A DNA stretch of 64,000 nucleotides from an uncultured Planctomycetia bacterium (GCA_964409365.1 CAYPCX010000003.1:20577-84576); one strand, 5' to 3'; shown: positions 39,659 through 49,666, numbered from the stretch's first letter. Translations and numbers: made by a program. The notes: generated by a model from the sequence alone, not told the origin.

Positions 39659-41404
39659 ATGAACATACGCAAGGTCGATAAGATACTGATACTCATAGTC
39701 CTGCTCGGTTTTGTTTCCATCATATTGGCGAACAGCACGTATCAGGGGCCCCTGGTAACGAACACCAGCCATGTTCTGGATGTCGTAGTGACGTTCCTCT
39801 TTATTTCGCTGTATTTTGCGGAACTTTTCAGGGCAAAACAAAAACTGCAGTACCTGAGAAGTAATATCTTCGAAACACTCTTCGTGCTGGCTTTCATAGG
39901 AGTACTAATATACGCCAAGTACCGTTATTTTTACGTGAACCCTTACGCGGGGCACAATTTCCCCACCAAGATAATACTCATTTTGAGTGTTTTTAACATC
40001 GTAAGGGTCCTGGCCAGGATAAAGAAGCTCAACTCCTACATCCAGACGCTCCTTACCCATCCGGCGCAGACCATCATGTACAGCTTCGTGCTCGTAATAC
40101 TCGTCGGGACCATACTTCTGATGATGCCTTATTCGACAAGCGACCACTCCCGGATGGGCTTTATAAATGCTTTATTCACAGCTACTTCCGCGACTTGTGT
40201 CACGGGCCTAATAGTTGTGGACACCGCAACGAAATTCTCGCTCCTTGGGAAGCTCGTCATAATGACCCTCATACAGGTAGGGGCGCTCGGCATAATGATA
40301 CTGGGTTTTTTCGTAGCGTTCCTCATAGGCAAGAAAATATCGTACGAGGAGCGGCAGGCGATGGCCTACATGCTCGAGCTCGAGAAAAAGGACGCCCGAA
40401 AACTTGCCTGGGGCATCAAGAACATCATCCTCGTAACGTTCATTTTCGAGATCACAGGCGCGCTGCTGATGTTCTTCTCGTTCCATCATGTACTCGGTTT
40501 CAACCTCAAAAACGCGTTCTATTCCATTTTCCACGCCGTGTCCGCTTTCTGTAACGCGGGTTTCGCTTTGTTCTCGGACAACCTCGCACAGTTCGGGTCA
40601 TCCGTATCGATGAACTTTATAATAGCCGTTCTTATAATAGCGGGGGGGTTGAGCTTTGTCGTGATACTGAACTCGTTCGGTAACGTAAAGACCTCGTTCG
40701 AAAGAAAGTTCCTCAACAGGAACATCCCGCGGCAAAAACTAAAGCTGAACACGCAGATAGTCCTTACCGCGACCGTTATTCTGATCGTAACGGGGACCTT
40801 TATCATATACTGGATAGAGCACAAGCCTAACTTGCTGCAATACGGCCTGAAGACGCAATACCTCATGTCGTTCTTCCAGTCGGTCACCCTGAGGACCGCC
40901 GGTTTTAATACCATGGACATCTCTAAACTGTGCCCCGCGACCTATTTCATCATGATGCTTTTCATGTTCATCGGGGGCGCGTCCGGCTCCACGGCCGGCG
41001 GCATCAAGGTCAACACCCTCGGCGTGGCCTGGGCGTATATACGTTCCGTGTTCACCGGCAGGGAGGACGTGGTCCTGTTCAAACACTCGATATCAAAAGA
41101 TCTTGTCAACCAGGCGTTCCTGGTAATATTATTGTCTTTGACGATCGTTTTCAGCGGGACGATGCTTCTTGTGCTGTTCGAGAACAAAAGATTTCTGCAA
41201 GTGGCGTTCGAGGCGTTCTCCGCTTTCGGGACCGTAGGCCTTTCGACAGGCATCACGCCGACACTGACGGGCGCGGGCAAACTGACCATAACGCTCCTCA
41301 TGTTCATAGGAAGGCTGGGCCCGATGACCATAGTGGCCGCCGTGGCGCGGAAGGGCGAAAAATACGACATAAAATATCCCGAGAGCCAGGTAAGCATCGG
41401 ATAA
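39659..41404 (+). CDS. TrkH/KtrB potassium uptake protein with extra N-terminal 4-TM domain
   Basis: Pore motifs SATCVTGL, SAFCNAGF, RTAGF, SAFGTVGLS; GSTAGGIK. Confidence 0.93.
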   Translation: MNIRKVDKILILIVLLGFVSIILANSTYQGPLVTNTSHVLDVVVTFLFISLYFAELFRAKQKLQYLRSNIFETLFVLAFIGVLIYAKYRYFYVNPYAGHNFPTKIILILSVFNIVRVLARIKKLNSYIQTLLTHPAQTIMYSFVLVILVGTILLMMPYSTSDHSRMGFINALFTATSATCVTGLIVVDTATKFSLLGKLVIMTLIQVGALGIMILGFFVAFLIGKKISYEERQAMAYMLELEKKDARKLAWGIKNIILVTFIFEITGALLMFFSFHHVLGFNLKNAFYSIFHAVSAFCNAGFALFSDNLAQFGSSVSMNFIIAVLIIAGGLSFVVILNSFGNVKTSFERKFLNRNIPRQKLKLNTQIVLTATVILIVTGTFIIYWIEHKPNLLQYGLKTQYLMSFFQSVTLRTAGFNTMDISKLCPATYFIMMLFMFIGGASGSTAGGIKVNTLGVAWAYIRSVFTGREDVVLFKHSISKDLVNQAFLVILLSLTIVFSGTMLLVLFENKRFLQVAFEAFSAFGTVGLSTGITPTLTGAGKLTITLLMFIGRLGPMTIVAAVARKGEKYDIKYPESQVSIG

Positions 41405-41405
41405 T

Positions 41406-41433
41406 CAAGTCGCAAGTCGCAAGTTACAAGTCA
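41406..41433 (+). repeat. Heptamer tandem repeat CAAGTNN x4
   Basis: caagtcg caagtcg caagtta caagtca. Confidence 0.8.
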
Positions 41434-41445
41434 AAGGAGAGAAAA

Positions 41446-42150
41446 ATGGAAAAAGGAAAAGAAAAACTTTTCGCCGTGTTCGGCCTCGGGAAGTTCGGGT
41501 ATGAGGTTTGCAGAGTGCTGGCCGATAGCGGCGCCAAGGTGATCGCCGTGGACAGGGAACAGAAGCGCGTAAACAAGGTAAGGGACATGGTAACGGAAGC
41601 GATCCTCATCGAGACCAACGACGAGGAGACGTTCCTCAACGCCAACCTGCAGGACGTGGATGTCGGTATAGTCGCCCTCGGTTCCAATATCCAGGGGAGC
41701 ATCCTGACGACGACGCTCCTGAAGAACATAGGCGTCCCTTATATCATAGCGAGAGCGATGTCCGACGTGCACGCCCAGGTCCTGAAACAGACCGGCGCCA
41801 CCGAGGTCCTGAACCTTGAGATAGAGGAAGGCAAGAGGCTGGCCAGGCGCATCCTCGCGCCCGATCTCATGGACATCATACCCGTTTCCGCGGACCAGTC
41901 CGTGGTGGAGATGCGCGTTCCCAGGGAATTCGTCGGCAGGTCCCTCATAGACCTCAAACTCAGACAGAAGTACCAGGTCAACATCGTATCGATAAAAAGG
42001 ATAAAAACGACCATAGACGATATAGGCAACCCGGAAAGGGAAGAAACGGTCATAACGCCCGGGGCGGAGGACGTGCTGGAAGTGAACGATATTCTTGTGA
42101 TGCTGGGCGCCGAGAAAGACATCGACAAGATCAAGGAGCTCTCAAGATGA
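41446..42150 (+). CDS. TrkA/KtrA RCK regulatory subunit
   Basis: FAVFGLGKFG, TrkA-C domain; ATG 41446 after AAGGAG. Confidence 0.92.
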   Translation: MEKGKEKLFAVFGLGKFGYEVCRVLADSGAKVIAVDREQKRVNKVRDMVTEAILIETNDEETFLNANLQDVDVGIVALGSNIQGSILTTTLLKNIGVPYIIARAMSDVHAQVLKQTGATEVLNLEIEEGKRLARRILAPDLMDIIPVSADQSVVEMRVPREFVGRSLIDLKLRQKYQVNIVSIKRIKTTIDDIGNPEREETVITPGAEDVLEVNDILVMLGAEKDIDKIKELSR

Positions 42151-42830
42151 TCATCATAAAAAAGACAAGTCTTTACATCGTTACGGCCCTGGTGCTCCTG
42201 TTGCTGGTAGCCGGCGAGCTGAGGTTCTTCCTGGCCATCCAAAGCATCGAGACCCATACGAACCTTGACTTCAAATACGAGGTCGAAAGCTTCATATTCG
42301 CGTCGATCGTCCTGACGCTCGTGGTCGTCCTCTTTCTGGTGTATTTCATCAGGAAAAGCGAGAACATCCTCAAGCGGCTGGATAAGATGATCGAGCTTTC
42401 CGAATACGGCAAGCACGACATAAGCGCTCATCTCAAGAAGATAGGCAAACTGGGCAACAAGGTGGAGTACCTCTTGTACCACTACAAGCGGCTGAACGAG
42501 ATGAAATCGCTCAAGATAAGTTCCCTGTCCGGCATGACCGGTTTTTTAGTGGCGAGGTGCGAGGCGCCGCTTTTTGTGCTGGACCGCAGCGGGATCGTTC
42601 AGAATTGCAGCGACGGCCTCTCGTCCGAGTTAAAGACCGAAAAAAAAGTTATAATAGGCAGCAGACTTAGCGTTCTTTTCAAAGATACCGACCCCGAGGA
42701 GCTTTTCTTTGACCTTGAAAAATCGCGCGTGCCCGTTACGAAAGAGTCCATGGGCAGGACGATAGTTTATTACCCGATAATGAACTCCGAGAACGAAGTC
42801 GCCAACGTCATAGGGGTGATCGAGAAATGA
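42147..42830 (+). CDS. Two-TM protein with HAMP/PAS-like cytoplasmic region
   Basis: Two TM helices, PLFVLDRSGIVQNC...IIG; ATGA overlaps at both ends. Confidence 0.65.
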   Translation: MIIIKKTSLYIVTALVLLLLVAGELRFFLAIQSIETHTNLDFKYEVESFIFASIVLTLVVVLFLVYFIRKSENILKRLDKMIELSEYGKHDISAHLKKIGKLGNKVEYLLYHYKRLNEMKSLKISSLSGMTGFLVARCEAPLFVLDRSGIVQNCSDGLSSELKTEKKVIIGSRLSVLFKDTDPEELFFDLEKSRVPVTKESMGRTIVYYPIMNSENEVANVIGVIEK

Positions 42831-43669
42831 AGCCGCTGACGCTGTTCGTGATCCTGCTCTTTTGCGCAGGATGGGCCTTTTCGGACACCGAAGACCTGAA
42901 AGTACAGGTGTTCGAGATCGAGAACAGGAACGTCGGGACCATGTACCCGGTGGTGGAGCACCTTAAAAGCAGCGAGGGAAAGATAAGCATGGACCAGGGG
43001 GCGAACCGCCTGATAGTGATCGACTACCCCCAGAACATCAGCAAAATGGCCGAGGTGATAGGCCTTCTCGATATACCTGCGAAACAGGTCGAAATAAGGG
43101 TGGTCATAGTGGAGCTTACGGATGCTTTCCTGGGCAGGCACGGCATTATCCCGGGCAAGTCCGTCATAGCCCCCGACAAATTCGATGCGATGATCTACCT
43201 TATTTCTAACAGTAAAGAAACGCAGGTCCGCTCAAGCATGACGGTCCTGGCCACGAGCGGCGAGCCCGCCCGCATACAACTGTCCCGCGAGGAGGAAGTA
43301 AAAGGCGTCGTGGCAAGCAGGAACGGACGGACCGTGGTGGTCCAGCCGTCCGCCAGGTCAGCCGGGGATTTCCTGGAAGTCCTGCCGATAGTGAACGCTG
43401 ACGGTACGATCGATATGTCATTGAGGCCGGTGATGAGCGAATTCCAGGACAGCCGGACGGTATATGAAAGATCGGTCGTAACGAAAGCCAGGATAATGGA
43501 CGGGGACACCATCGTGATAGGAGACATGTACACTCAAGGAAGCGAAGCCTCTCAGGAAAGCCTGCCGCATGCCGGAATAGCACTGCCTGAAAGATACCAA
43601 AAAGACGGGAAAAGGGTAGTGATGTTCCTCACGGCCAGGATCACAGACCGAAGCCCCTCGAAAAATTAA
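42827..43669 (+). CDS. Short secretin-like protein (N domain plus partial secretin domain)
   Basis: NRLIVID...LDIPAKQVEIRVVIVE, GEPARI, DGDTIVIG. Confidence 0.75.
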   Translation: MKPLTLFVILLFCAGWAFSDTEDLKVQVFEIENRNVGTMYPVVEHLKSSEGKISMDQGANRLIVIDYPQNISKMAEVIGLLDIPAKQVEIRVVIVELTDAFLGRHGIIPGKSVIAPDKFDAMIYLISNSKETQVRSSMTVLATSGEPARIQLSREEEVKGVVASRNGRTVVVQPSARSAGDFLEVLPIVNADGTIDMSLRPVMSEFQDSRTVYERSVVTKARIMDGDTIVIGDMYTQGSEASQESLPHAGIALPERYQKDGKRVVMFLTARITDRSPSKN

Positions 43670-43704
43670 CCAAAAATTTCCTGGTTCATAACCTGTGCTT
43701 AATC
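43666..43704 (+). promoter_or_regulatory. 11-bp periodic TTAA(C/T) direct-repeat array (Pho-box-like)
   Basis: ttaacc 43666, (tttcct 43677), ataacc 43688, ttaatc 43699. Confidence 0.4.
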
Positions 43705-43757
43705 TTAATATTATATACTTAAAGTGTAGGAGTACAGGCATAACCGGGAGGATAGAG

Positions 43758-44144
43758 ATGAACGGCTGGTTTTATGACAGGAAAGGGAAACCCTGTGTAT
43801 TTCTCTATGAAGACCGGTTCATCAGCCGGGACGGTCATGATATCGGGTGGCTGGTGAACAACAGGGATATCTATTCCCGGACCGGCGAGCACATAGGGTG
43901 GTTCGAGGCCGACGTCATTTTCGACGCCTGCAACCGCGTCCTGGCCTTCCAGCAGGGGGCGATAGTGAGCCTCCCGTTCGTTCCGTACACCGTTTCCATG
44001 CCGGAAAGCCCTTGCATACCGTCAAGGCCGGATCAACCGGAGTTCCACGCGGCGCCGATAAAGCCCGAATACTGCAGCGGCTGGTCGCATCTCGACGCCG
44101 AGGAATTATTCCTCAAAGAACACGGCCACGTCACGGCGCACTGA
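43758..44144 (+). CDS. 4-fold beta-flower-like protein
   Basis: Repeated FYDRKGKP / ISRDGHDIGW / IYSRTGEHIGWF units and Pro-rich tail; SD GGAGG. Confidence 0.7.
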   Translation: MNGWFYDRKGKPCVFLYEDRFISRDGHDIGWLVNNRDIYSRTGEHIGWFEADVIFDACNRVLAFQQGAIVSLPFVPYTVSMPESPCIPSRPDQPEFHAAPIKPEYCSGWSHLDAEELFLKEHGHVTAH

Positions 44145-44222
44145 TCCTGAGGCGCCAATTTATCCTTTTCATGAGCCCTTAGAATGGCGTATAATACCTT
44201 AACAAAATCGAAAGGAGCTGCC

Positions 44223-44555
44223 ATGGCGGAAGGCGATCTGCTCAGGAGCATGACCGATGAGAAAAGGGAAGCGGTGCGGAAGCTGGCCGAAGAAAGAACG
44301 GGACACACGCTGCTCGCCAAGAAGGTAGACGAGATAGGCCTTTACACCCGCACCCGGAGCTACAAGTTCTGCACGATCGAGGTAGGTAAATATCTCGATG
44401 AACGCATCGCCGGCAGCCCCGGGGAAGAGGTCGGGGCCATTTTCGAGAGCGACGCTGACCTTCACGTAGTATGCACTGCCAACCACGGGATCGAAAAAGG
44501 AGACCCCTTTATCTTCAGGGACCAGGAAATATACGAAATAGTAGAGGAGATATGA
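44223..44555 (+). CDS. Hypothetical protein
   Basis: SD AAGGAG, TATAAT at 44190, stop overlaps next start. Confidence 0.7.
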   Translation: MAEGDLLRSMTDEKREAVRKLAEERTGHTLLAKKVDEIGLYTRTRSYKFCTIEVGKYLDERIAGSPGEEVGAIFESDADLHVVCTANHGIEKGDPFIFRDQEIYEIVEEI

Positions 44556-45094
44556 TGGTATCCATAATATCCTTGCCCGCAAAGATCATAAAGCTGCTTG
44601 AATCGAACGTATCGGAAGGGGAGATCGCCGCCGGAGTGTGCCTGGGGATGTACATCGGGTTCATACCGCTCAACGGGCCGATGGTGGTCCTCTTGATCCT
44701 CTTTTTCCTGTTCTTCAAGCTCAACCGGCTCTCGACCCTGCTCACACTGCCCGTCTTTAAGCTTTTCTACGTACTCGGGGTGAGCGCTCTCGCGGACGCC
44801 GTGGGAGGGTTCATCCTCATCGACTTCCGGTTCCTGACGGGCTTCTGGAGATGGGTCACGCATCTTCCGGTCGTAGCATATCTTGACCTGAACAACACGC
44901 TCGTGATCGGGGGGCTCGCCGTATCCACGGCACTCTGTTACCCGGTCTATCTGGGCGCTAAAAAAGTGACCGTCAAGATACGGGAAAAATACGGCGAAAA
45001 GATAAAGAACATGAAGTTCGTCAAATTCGTGAAAAAGATACCTATCGTGCACAAGCTCACGCTCGTGATCGGACGTCTTAGGGGGGAACAATGA
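44552..45094 (+). CDS. TIGR03546-like (DUF2062) membrane protein
   Basis: EIAAGVCLGMYIGFIP, LNNTLVIGG. Confidence 0.8.
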   Translation: MMVSIISLPAKIIKLLESNVSEGEIAAGVCLGMYIGFIPLNGPMVVLLILFFLFFKLNRLSTLLTLPVFKLFYVLGVSALADAVGGFILIDFRFLTGFWRWVTHLPVVAYLDLNNTLVIGGLAVSTALCYPVYLGAKKVTVKIREKYGEKIKNMKFVKFVKKIPIVHKLTLVIGRLRGEQ

Positions 45095-46446
45095 TGATGA
45101 AAAGGTTCAATATACAGGGAATTATAATCCTGGTCGTCGTGCTGGCCGTGATCCAGGTCGGGGTAGGCCTCTTCGTGAGCCCTTTTCTGGGCAAATTCGT
45201 CATCGAGAAGATAAACGACGCGAGTAATGCCAGGATCTCGATCGACAAGGTACACGTCTGGCCGGTGACGCTTTCCGTGTCCCTCAAGGGACTGGCGGTC
45301 TTCAATCCCGATAGCGACAACGAGCGTATCGTGAACATAGGAAGCGCCTCCGTGCGCCTAAGCCCGGTCGCCATGCTCTCCAAGCGCCTGGTCCTCTCCA
45401 GCGTCACTCTAAACGATGTCGACATCACCCTGGAGGGCGAGCCGGACGGCAGTTTTAACATACAGAAACTGGGCCAGCCGAAAGAGGAAGAAAAAAAGCC
45501 CTTCCGGGTCTCCGGCGTGCTTGACCGCTTCAAGAAGAAAAAAGACTGGTACGGAAGGGTCTATGACATGCTGAAGAAACGTTCTTCCAAGGAAGCCGTT
45601 GAGGAACAAAAATCGTCCCGGCAGGCCGCCGGGAAGGTGACCCGTGAAGTGACCGAACTACCGAGGGGCAGAAGGGTCACCTTCACGACCGTCAGGGACG
45701 ACTACCTGTTCGCTATTACGAAGATGAAGGTCAATAACGGCCGCATCAGGATGATCGCGGATGACGGAGAGACCGCCGACGTGGACCGGGCGAACATAGT
45801 CATGAGCGGCCTGGCCGTAGACCCCAAAAAGGGCACGCGTTTCGATAAGCTCTTCCTGAACGGCATCCTGAAAAAGAAAGAAAAAGAAGCCGGGAACTTC
45901 GATATTTCCTACCGGCAGGCGTTCAAAAAGAACGACCTCGTAACCGATATCGACGTGAAAGCCAGGGGTATAGACCTCGCTGCGATCGGTTTCATATACG
46001 ATGACTCGCTTCCGGTAATTGTCAAAAGCGGCAGGCTCGACATCCAGTCGAAGACGCGGATGCTGAACGACGGACTCGATTCGCACAATTACCTGGTCCT
46101 GAAAGACCCTAAGCTCGAACCCAAAAGCGGCCGGCAGGCGGTCGGCCTGGTCCCCATGCCGATGATCTGCCAGGCGCTTAACTCCATAAATCCCGTCAAA
46201 CTTAAGTTCGATATAACGGGCACTGTGGAGAACCCGCAATTCTCGGGATTCCAGGACGTGCTCCTCGAGCTGGTCAAACCGGCCATGAAGGACCTGGAAG
46301 AGCAGGGGATAAAAGCCGGCGTGGACTTCCTGAAGAAAAAAGCGGGTATTGGCGGGACCGAAAGCGGCGCTCAGAATGAGGAAGACGCCGCGGAGAAGAC
46401 GCTCGATTCGATAAAATCCCTCTTCAGCGGCCAGGAAAAGAAATGA
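45091..46446 (+). CDS. AsmA/DUF748-like (TIGR03545-like) periplasmic beta-rich protein
   Basis: N-terminal TM, DGSFNI motif, FDITGTVENPQF; follows its usual partner gene. Confidence 0.7.
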   Translation: MMMKRFNIQGIIILVVVLAVIQVGVGLFVSPFLGKFVIEKINDASNARISIDKVHVWPVTLSVSLKGLAVFNPDSDNERIVNIGSASVRLSPVAMLSKRLVLSSVTLNDVDITLEGEPDGSFNIQKLGQPKEEEKKPFRVSGVLDRFKKKKDWYGRVYDMLKKRSSKEAVEEQKSSRQAAGKVTREVTELPRGRRVTFTTVRDDYLFAITKMKVNNGRIRMIADDGETADVDRANIVMSGLAVDPKKGTRFDKLFLNGILKKKEKEAGNFDISYRQAFKKNDLVTDIDVKARGIDLAAIGFIYDDSLPVIVKSGRLDIQSKTRMLNDGLDSHNYLVLKDPKLEPKSGRQAVGLVPMPMICQALNSINPVKLKFDITGTVENPQFSGFQDVLLELVKPAMKDLEEQGIKAGVDFLKKKAGIGGTESGAQNEEDAAEKTLDSIKSLFSGQEKK

Positions 46447-47051
46447 ACTTGTTGAGCGGCATAGGCATGCTACTTGGCGGGGCATGGGCCTCCGGCGTAA
46501 ATCTTTACCTCACGGTCGCCGGGCTCGGCATAGCCGGCAGGCTGGGATGGATAGAGCTTCCCGCGGGGCTCGAGGTTCTCTCTAACCAGCTGGTCATAGC
46601 CGTCGCCGCACTTCTTTTCCTAATAGAATTCTTCGCCGACAAGATACCGTACGTGGATTCCGCCTGGGATTCCGTGCATACGTTCATACGTCCGGCCGGC
46701 GCGGCGGTCCTGGCTTTCATGGCGACGGCCGGCATGGAGAGCGCCCCCGTTCAGTTCACGGCAGCGCTTCTTTGTGGTGTTGTCTCGCTCGATGCCCACC
46801 TTACAAAGGCTACGACCCGGGTAGCGATAAACACGTCCCCGGAGCCCTTTACCAACTCGGCCGCCAGTGTTTCCGAGGACGCGCTCGTGATCGTGGCCCT
46901 GTGGCTCATAATGAAACACCCCGTGATAGCCGGGATACTCGTAATATCGTTCATAGTGTTTTCCGTCTGGTTCCTGAGGGTCATGTTCAGGTTTCTCAAT
47001 AAAGCCGTGCGGGGCCTCAGGGGAAAAAGCGGCAGCGAAGAAAGCGGTTAG
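46443..47051 (+). CDS. DUF4126 membrane protein
   Basis: WASGVNLY, EFFADKIPYVDSAWD, NTSPEPF. Confidence 0.9.
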   Translation: MNLLSGIGMLLGGAWASGVNLYLTVAGLGIAGRLGWIELPAGLEVLSNQLVIAVAALLFLIEFFADKIPYVDSAWDSVHTFIRPAGAAVLAFMATAGMESAPVQFTAALLCGVVSLDAHLTKATTRVAINTSPEPFTNSAASVSEDALVIVALWLIMKHPVIAGILVISFIVFSVWFLRVMFRFLNKAVRGLRGKSGSEESG

Positions 47052-47054
47052 ACC

Positions 47055-47540
47055 ATGGCATACTATATCAAGACCATAGGCATAAGACGGCAGAAGAACA
47101 GCATCTTTGAAGGCAGATTCCCCAGGATGCTGCTTTCCCAGATGTGTTTCAAGACCGGTAAGGGCGCTCCGAGACGCCTTAAAAAGGGAGACAGGCTTGT
47201 ACTTTACTGCGTGATAGGGGGAGCCAAAGAATTCCCAAAGGGCGGCTTTATCGGCACCCAGAGGGTCCTTGGCAAACTCCGGAAGAACGAAGACCTGTTT
47301 GAAAAAGAGTGGCGCAATGCCGTCGCCATACAGCCGGAGATATACTCGTTCCGGGACCTGGTAACACTGCAAAAGGTCAGGGGGTGGAAGGCCAAATCAA
47401 GGAAGCTTGATACGGCCTTGCGGGGTAATTTGCAGGCGATAGGCGGCCTCTGGGAGATCGACAGAGCCGATTACAGGCAGTTCCTGAGCGCATTTAAAGC
47501 GCACAGCCAGACCCCTCATGCACACTATTTTATTATTTAA
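47055..47540 (+). CDS. EVE/PUA-like domain protein
   Basis: RRLKKGDRLVLY...GFIG...EIDRADY. Confidence 0.6.
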   Translation: MAYYIKTIGIRRQKNSIFEGRFPRMLLSQMCFKTGKGAPRRLKKGDRLVLYCVIGGAKEFPKGGFIGTQRVLGKLRKNEDLFEKEWRNAVAIQPEIYSFRDLVTLQKVRGWKAKSRKLDTALRGNLQAIGGLWEIDRADYRQFLSAFKAHSQTPHAHYFII

Positions 47541-47575
47541 CCAAAAATTAATATTATTTTAACTTTTTTCTAACA
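47537..47575 (+). promoter_or_regulatory. Four 11-bp periodic direct repeats (Pho-box-like)
   Basis: ttaacc 47537, ttaata 47548, ttaact 47559, ctaaca 47570. Confidence 0.55.
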
Positions 47576-47627
47576 TAACCCAGATAAACTTCAGTGGTAT
47601 AGGGAGCACTCCGGAACATAAAACGAT

Positions 47628-48110
47628 ATGCTGAAAAAGATCTGCACAGTCCTATTGGTGATAGGATGCCTGTTCCCGGCAGCCGCATTTGCTCAGGAAT
47701 CCGACCACATTCCCGCTTCAATAAAGACCTCACAGGAACTTGTCGACTGGCTTTCCGAGGAATGTTCTTTCGAGTTCGGCCTGAACGACCGGTGGCAAAG
47801 CTCGTCGGAGACCATCAGATCGGGTAAGGGCGACTGCGAGGATTTCGCGACCGTAGTCTCGGAATTCATGACCGGACGGGGAATAGACAATGACGTCCTT
47901 ATCATCAAGTTCAAAGGCATGAATATCTCACATGCCGTATGCGTCTGGAGGACGGAAAAAGGCACATACAATTTCACGTCCAACTCCAAGCTTTTCCGCA
48001 CCGGTGCACGCGACATGCTCGACGCCATCGGAAAATATTACCCCGACTGGATCATGCTCACCTTCACCGGCCGCTCCGGCGCCCCCGGCAAGGTCATCGC
48101 CCGCAAATAG
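47628..48110 (+). CDS. Exported transglutaminase-like cysteine peptidase
   Basis: Signal peptide, GKGDCEDFA, HAVC. Confidence 0.8.
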   Translation: MLKKICTVLLVIGCLFPAAAFAQESDHIPASIKTSQELVDWLSEECSFEFGLNDRWQSSSETIRSGKGDCEDFATVVSEFMTGRGIDNDVLIIKFKGMNISHAVCVWRTEKGTYNFTSNSKLFRTGARDMLDAIGKYYPDWIMLTFTGRSGAPGKVIARK

Positions 48111-48208
48111 GGTCGTCTTTACCCTTCACAACCCCTGGTTTATTACGTATACTATTCAATACATAAGGGTTCTTTTGTCCCGGCTCTAAAAGATAAAAGG
48201 GGGCAGTT

Positions 48209-48556
48209 ATGTTCAGGAAGAAGGATGAACGGGAAAAAGAGGTCAGAGAGAACATGCGAGGTGGCGCGGGAGCCGTAACCATCAGGCACTTCTTCAAAAA
48301 GGACGAGATGAACGCTCCGTGCCGCCTGTGCGCCGAGCTTTGCATCCCTCCCGGCGCGGGTATCGGTGTCCACGAGCACCAGAACGAGGACGAGATATTC
48401 ATCATTCAGAAGGGCATAGGCATCGTTACAAGCGACGGCCGCGAGATCCCGGTCGCGGAAGGTGACTCCATCCTCACGGGTAAAGGAGCTTCTCATTCCG
48501 TCAGGAACGTCGGCATGGACGATCTGCTCATTACAGCGGTAATAATCCCATACTGA
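48209..48556 (+). CDS. Cupin domain protein
   Basis: NMRGGAG, IGVHEHQNEDEIF, HSVRN. Confidence 0.9.
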   Translation: MFRKKDEREKEVRENMRGGAGAVTIRHFFKKDEMNAPCRLCAELCIPPGAGIGVHEHQNEDEIFIIQKGIGIVTSDGREIPVAEGDSILTGKGASHSVRNVGMDDLLITAVIIPY

Positions 48557-48562
48557 AAGAAC

Positions 48563-49666
48563 ATGGCCGAGGTATTTCCACAAGAGACGCTTCTTGCGCA
48601 AAAAACGCTGTTCAGCAGCGGGGCCGTCCTGCGACTGGCCGACGAGGCGCTCGAGTTCGGGGCCAGAGGCCTCATTGTCCACGGCAGCTCGTTCGAGAAG
48701 AGCGGCAAAAAGGAACGGCTGCTTTCGACGTTCGCCGCCGGGGCAGGAACGTTTTGCAGAAGGCCGGGCGAACCCACCATTGACGACATAACACATGTCA
48801 TAGAAAAAGCGAAAGAAATGGATGCCTGCTGGATCGCGGGCATCGGCGGGGGAAGCGCTCTTGACCTCGCGAAGGCGGCGGCAGGCCTCTATAACGCGAA
48901 AGAAAACCCCGCCTTTTACCAGGAGGGCGGGCGCCTCGAGAAAAAAGGCATCCCTTTCATCGCCGTGCCGACCACCGCGGGGACGGGGTCCGAGGCCACG
49001 CCGAATTCCGTCATAACGAACAAGGCAAAAAAAGCCAAGCTCTCGATCAGGGACAAGAGCTTCATGGCGCGGAAGGTCATACTCGACCCGGAACTTTTAA
49101 GGGGAATGCCGTCCACGGTGATGAGCTACGCCGCGATGGACGCCATGGTACAGGCGTACGAGTCCTTCATATCTAAAAATTCCACGTGGTTCAGCGAGAC
49201 GTTCGCGTTGAAGGCCCTGCAGCTCATCGACACTAATATCCTTCCCGCGTATGAAACAGCAGGGGGATCCGGCCTTCCGGACCTCCTTTTAGGAAGCCAC
49301 CTCGCCGGGATAGCCCTCGCGTCGGCGAGGCTGGGGGTGATACACGGTATCGCTCACCCCCTGGGGGCGCTGTACGGCCTTCCTCACGGGCTGATATGTT
49401 CGGCATGTTTCCCGCCCTCGATAAAGCTCAACAAAGAGGCCATGGGAAAGAAATACGGCATAATAAGCGGCGCTATCGGGGCGGACCTTGCCGAAAGGGT
49501 GGAAGAACTGCTCGGGAGGATGAACATAACGTCTCCGTTCAAGGGCAAAGAACTGATAGATAAGGAAAAGACGATCGAGGCGGTCCTCACGTCGGGTTCG
49601 ACGGCCGCGAACCCGAAAAAAATAGATCGGGAGGACGCGGAATTCATCCTGGGAGAGCTTTTCTGA
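48563..49666 (+). CDS. Iron-containing alcohol dehydrogenase
   Basis: GGGSALD, PTTAGTGSE, HGIAH, PHG. Confidence 0.9.
   Translation: MAEVFPQETLLAQKTLFSSGAVLRLADEALEFGARGLIVHGSSFEKSGKKERLLSTFAAGAGTFCRRPGEPTIDDITHVIEKAKEMDACWIAGIGGGSALDLAKAAAGLYNAKENPAFYQEGGRLEKKGIPFIAVPTTAGTGSEATPNSVITNKAKKAKLSIRDKSFMARKVILDPELLRGMPSTVMSYAAMDAMVQAYESFISKNSTWFSETFALKALQLIDTNILPAYETAGGSGLPDLLLGSHLAGIALASARLGVIHGIAHPLGALYGLPHGLICSACFPPSIKLNKEAMGKKYGIISGAIGADLAERVEELLGRMNITSPFKGKELIDKEKTIEAVLTSGSTAANPKKIDREDAEFILGELF

Noticed and set aside
40930-41445. Apparent long N-terminal extension of KtrA (likewise thyX from 61781 and TIGR03546-like gene from 44471)
   Set aside because: Open frames overlapping upstream genes; SD-supported downstream starts fit family lengths
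48563-49666. Fe-ADH as archaeal-type glycerol-1-phosphate dehydrogenase supporting ether lipids
   Set aside because: PTTAGTGSE marks the ordinary Fe-ADH group rather than G1PDH, and the gene is ~9 kb from the radical SAM pair
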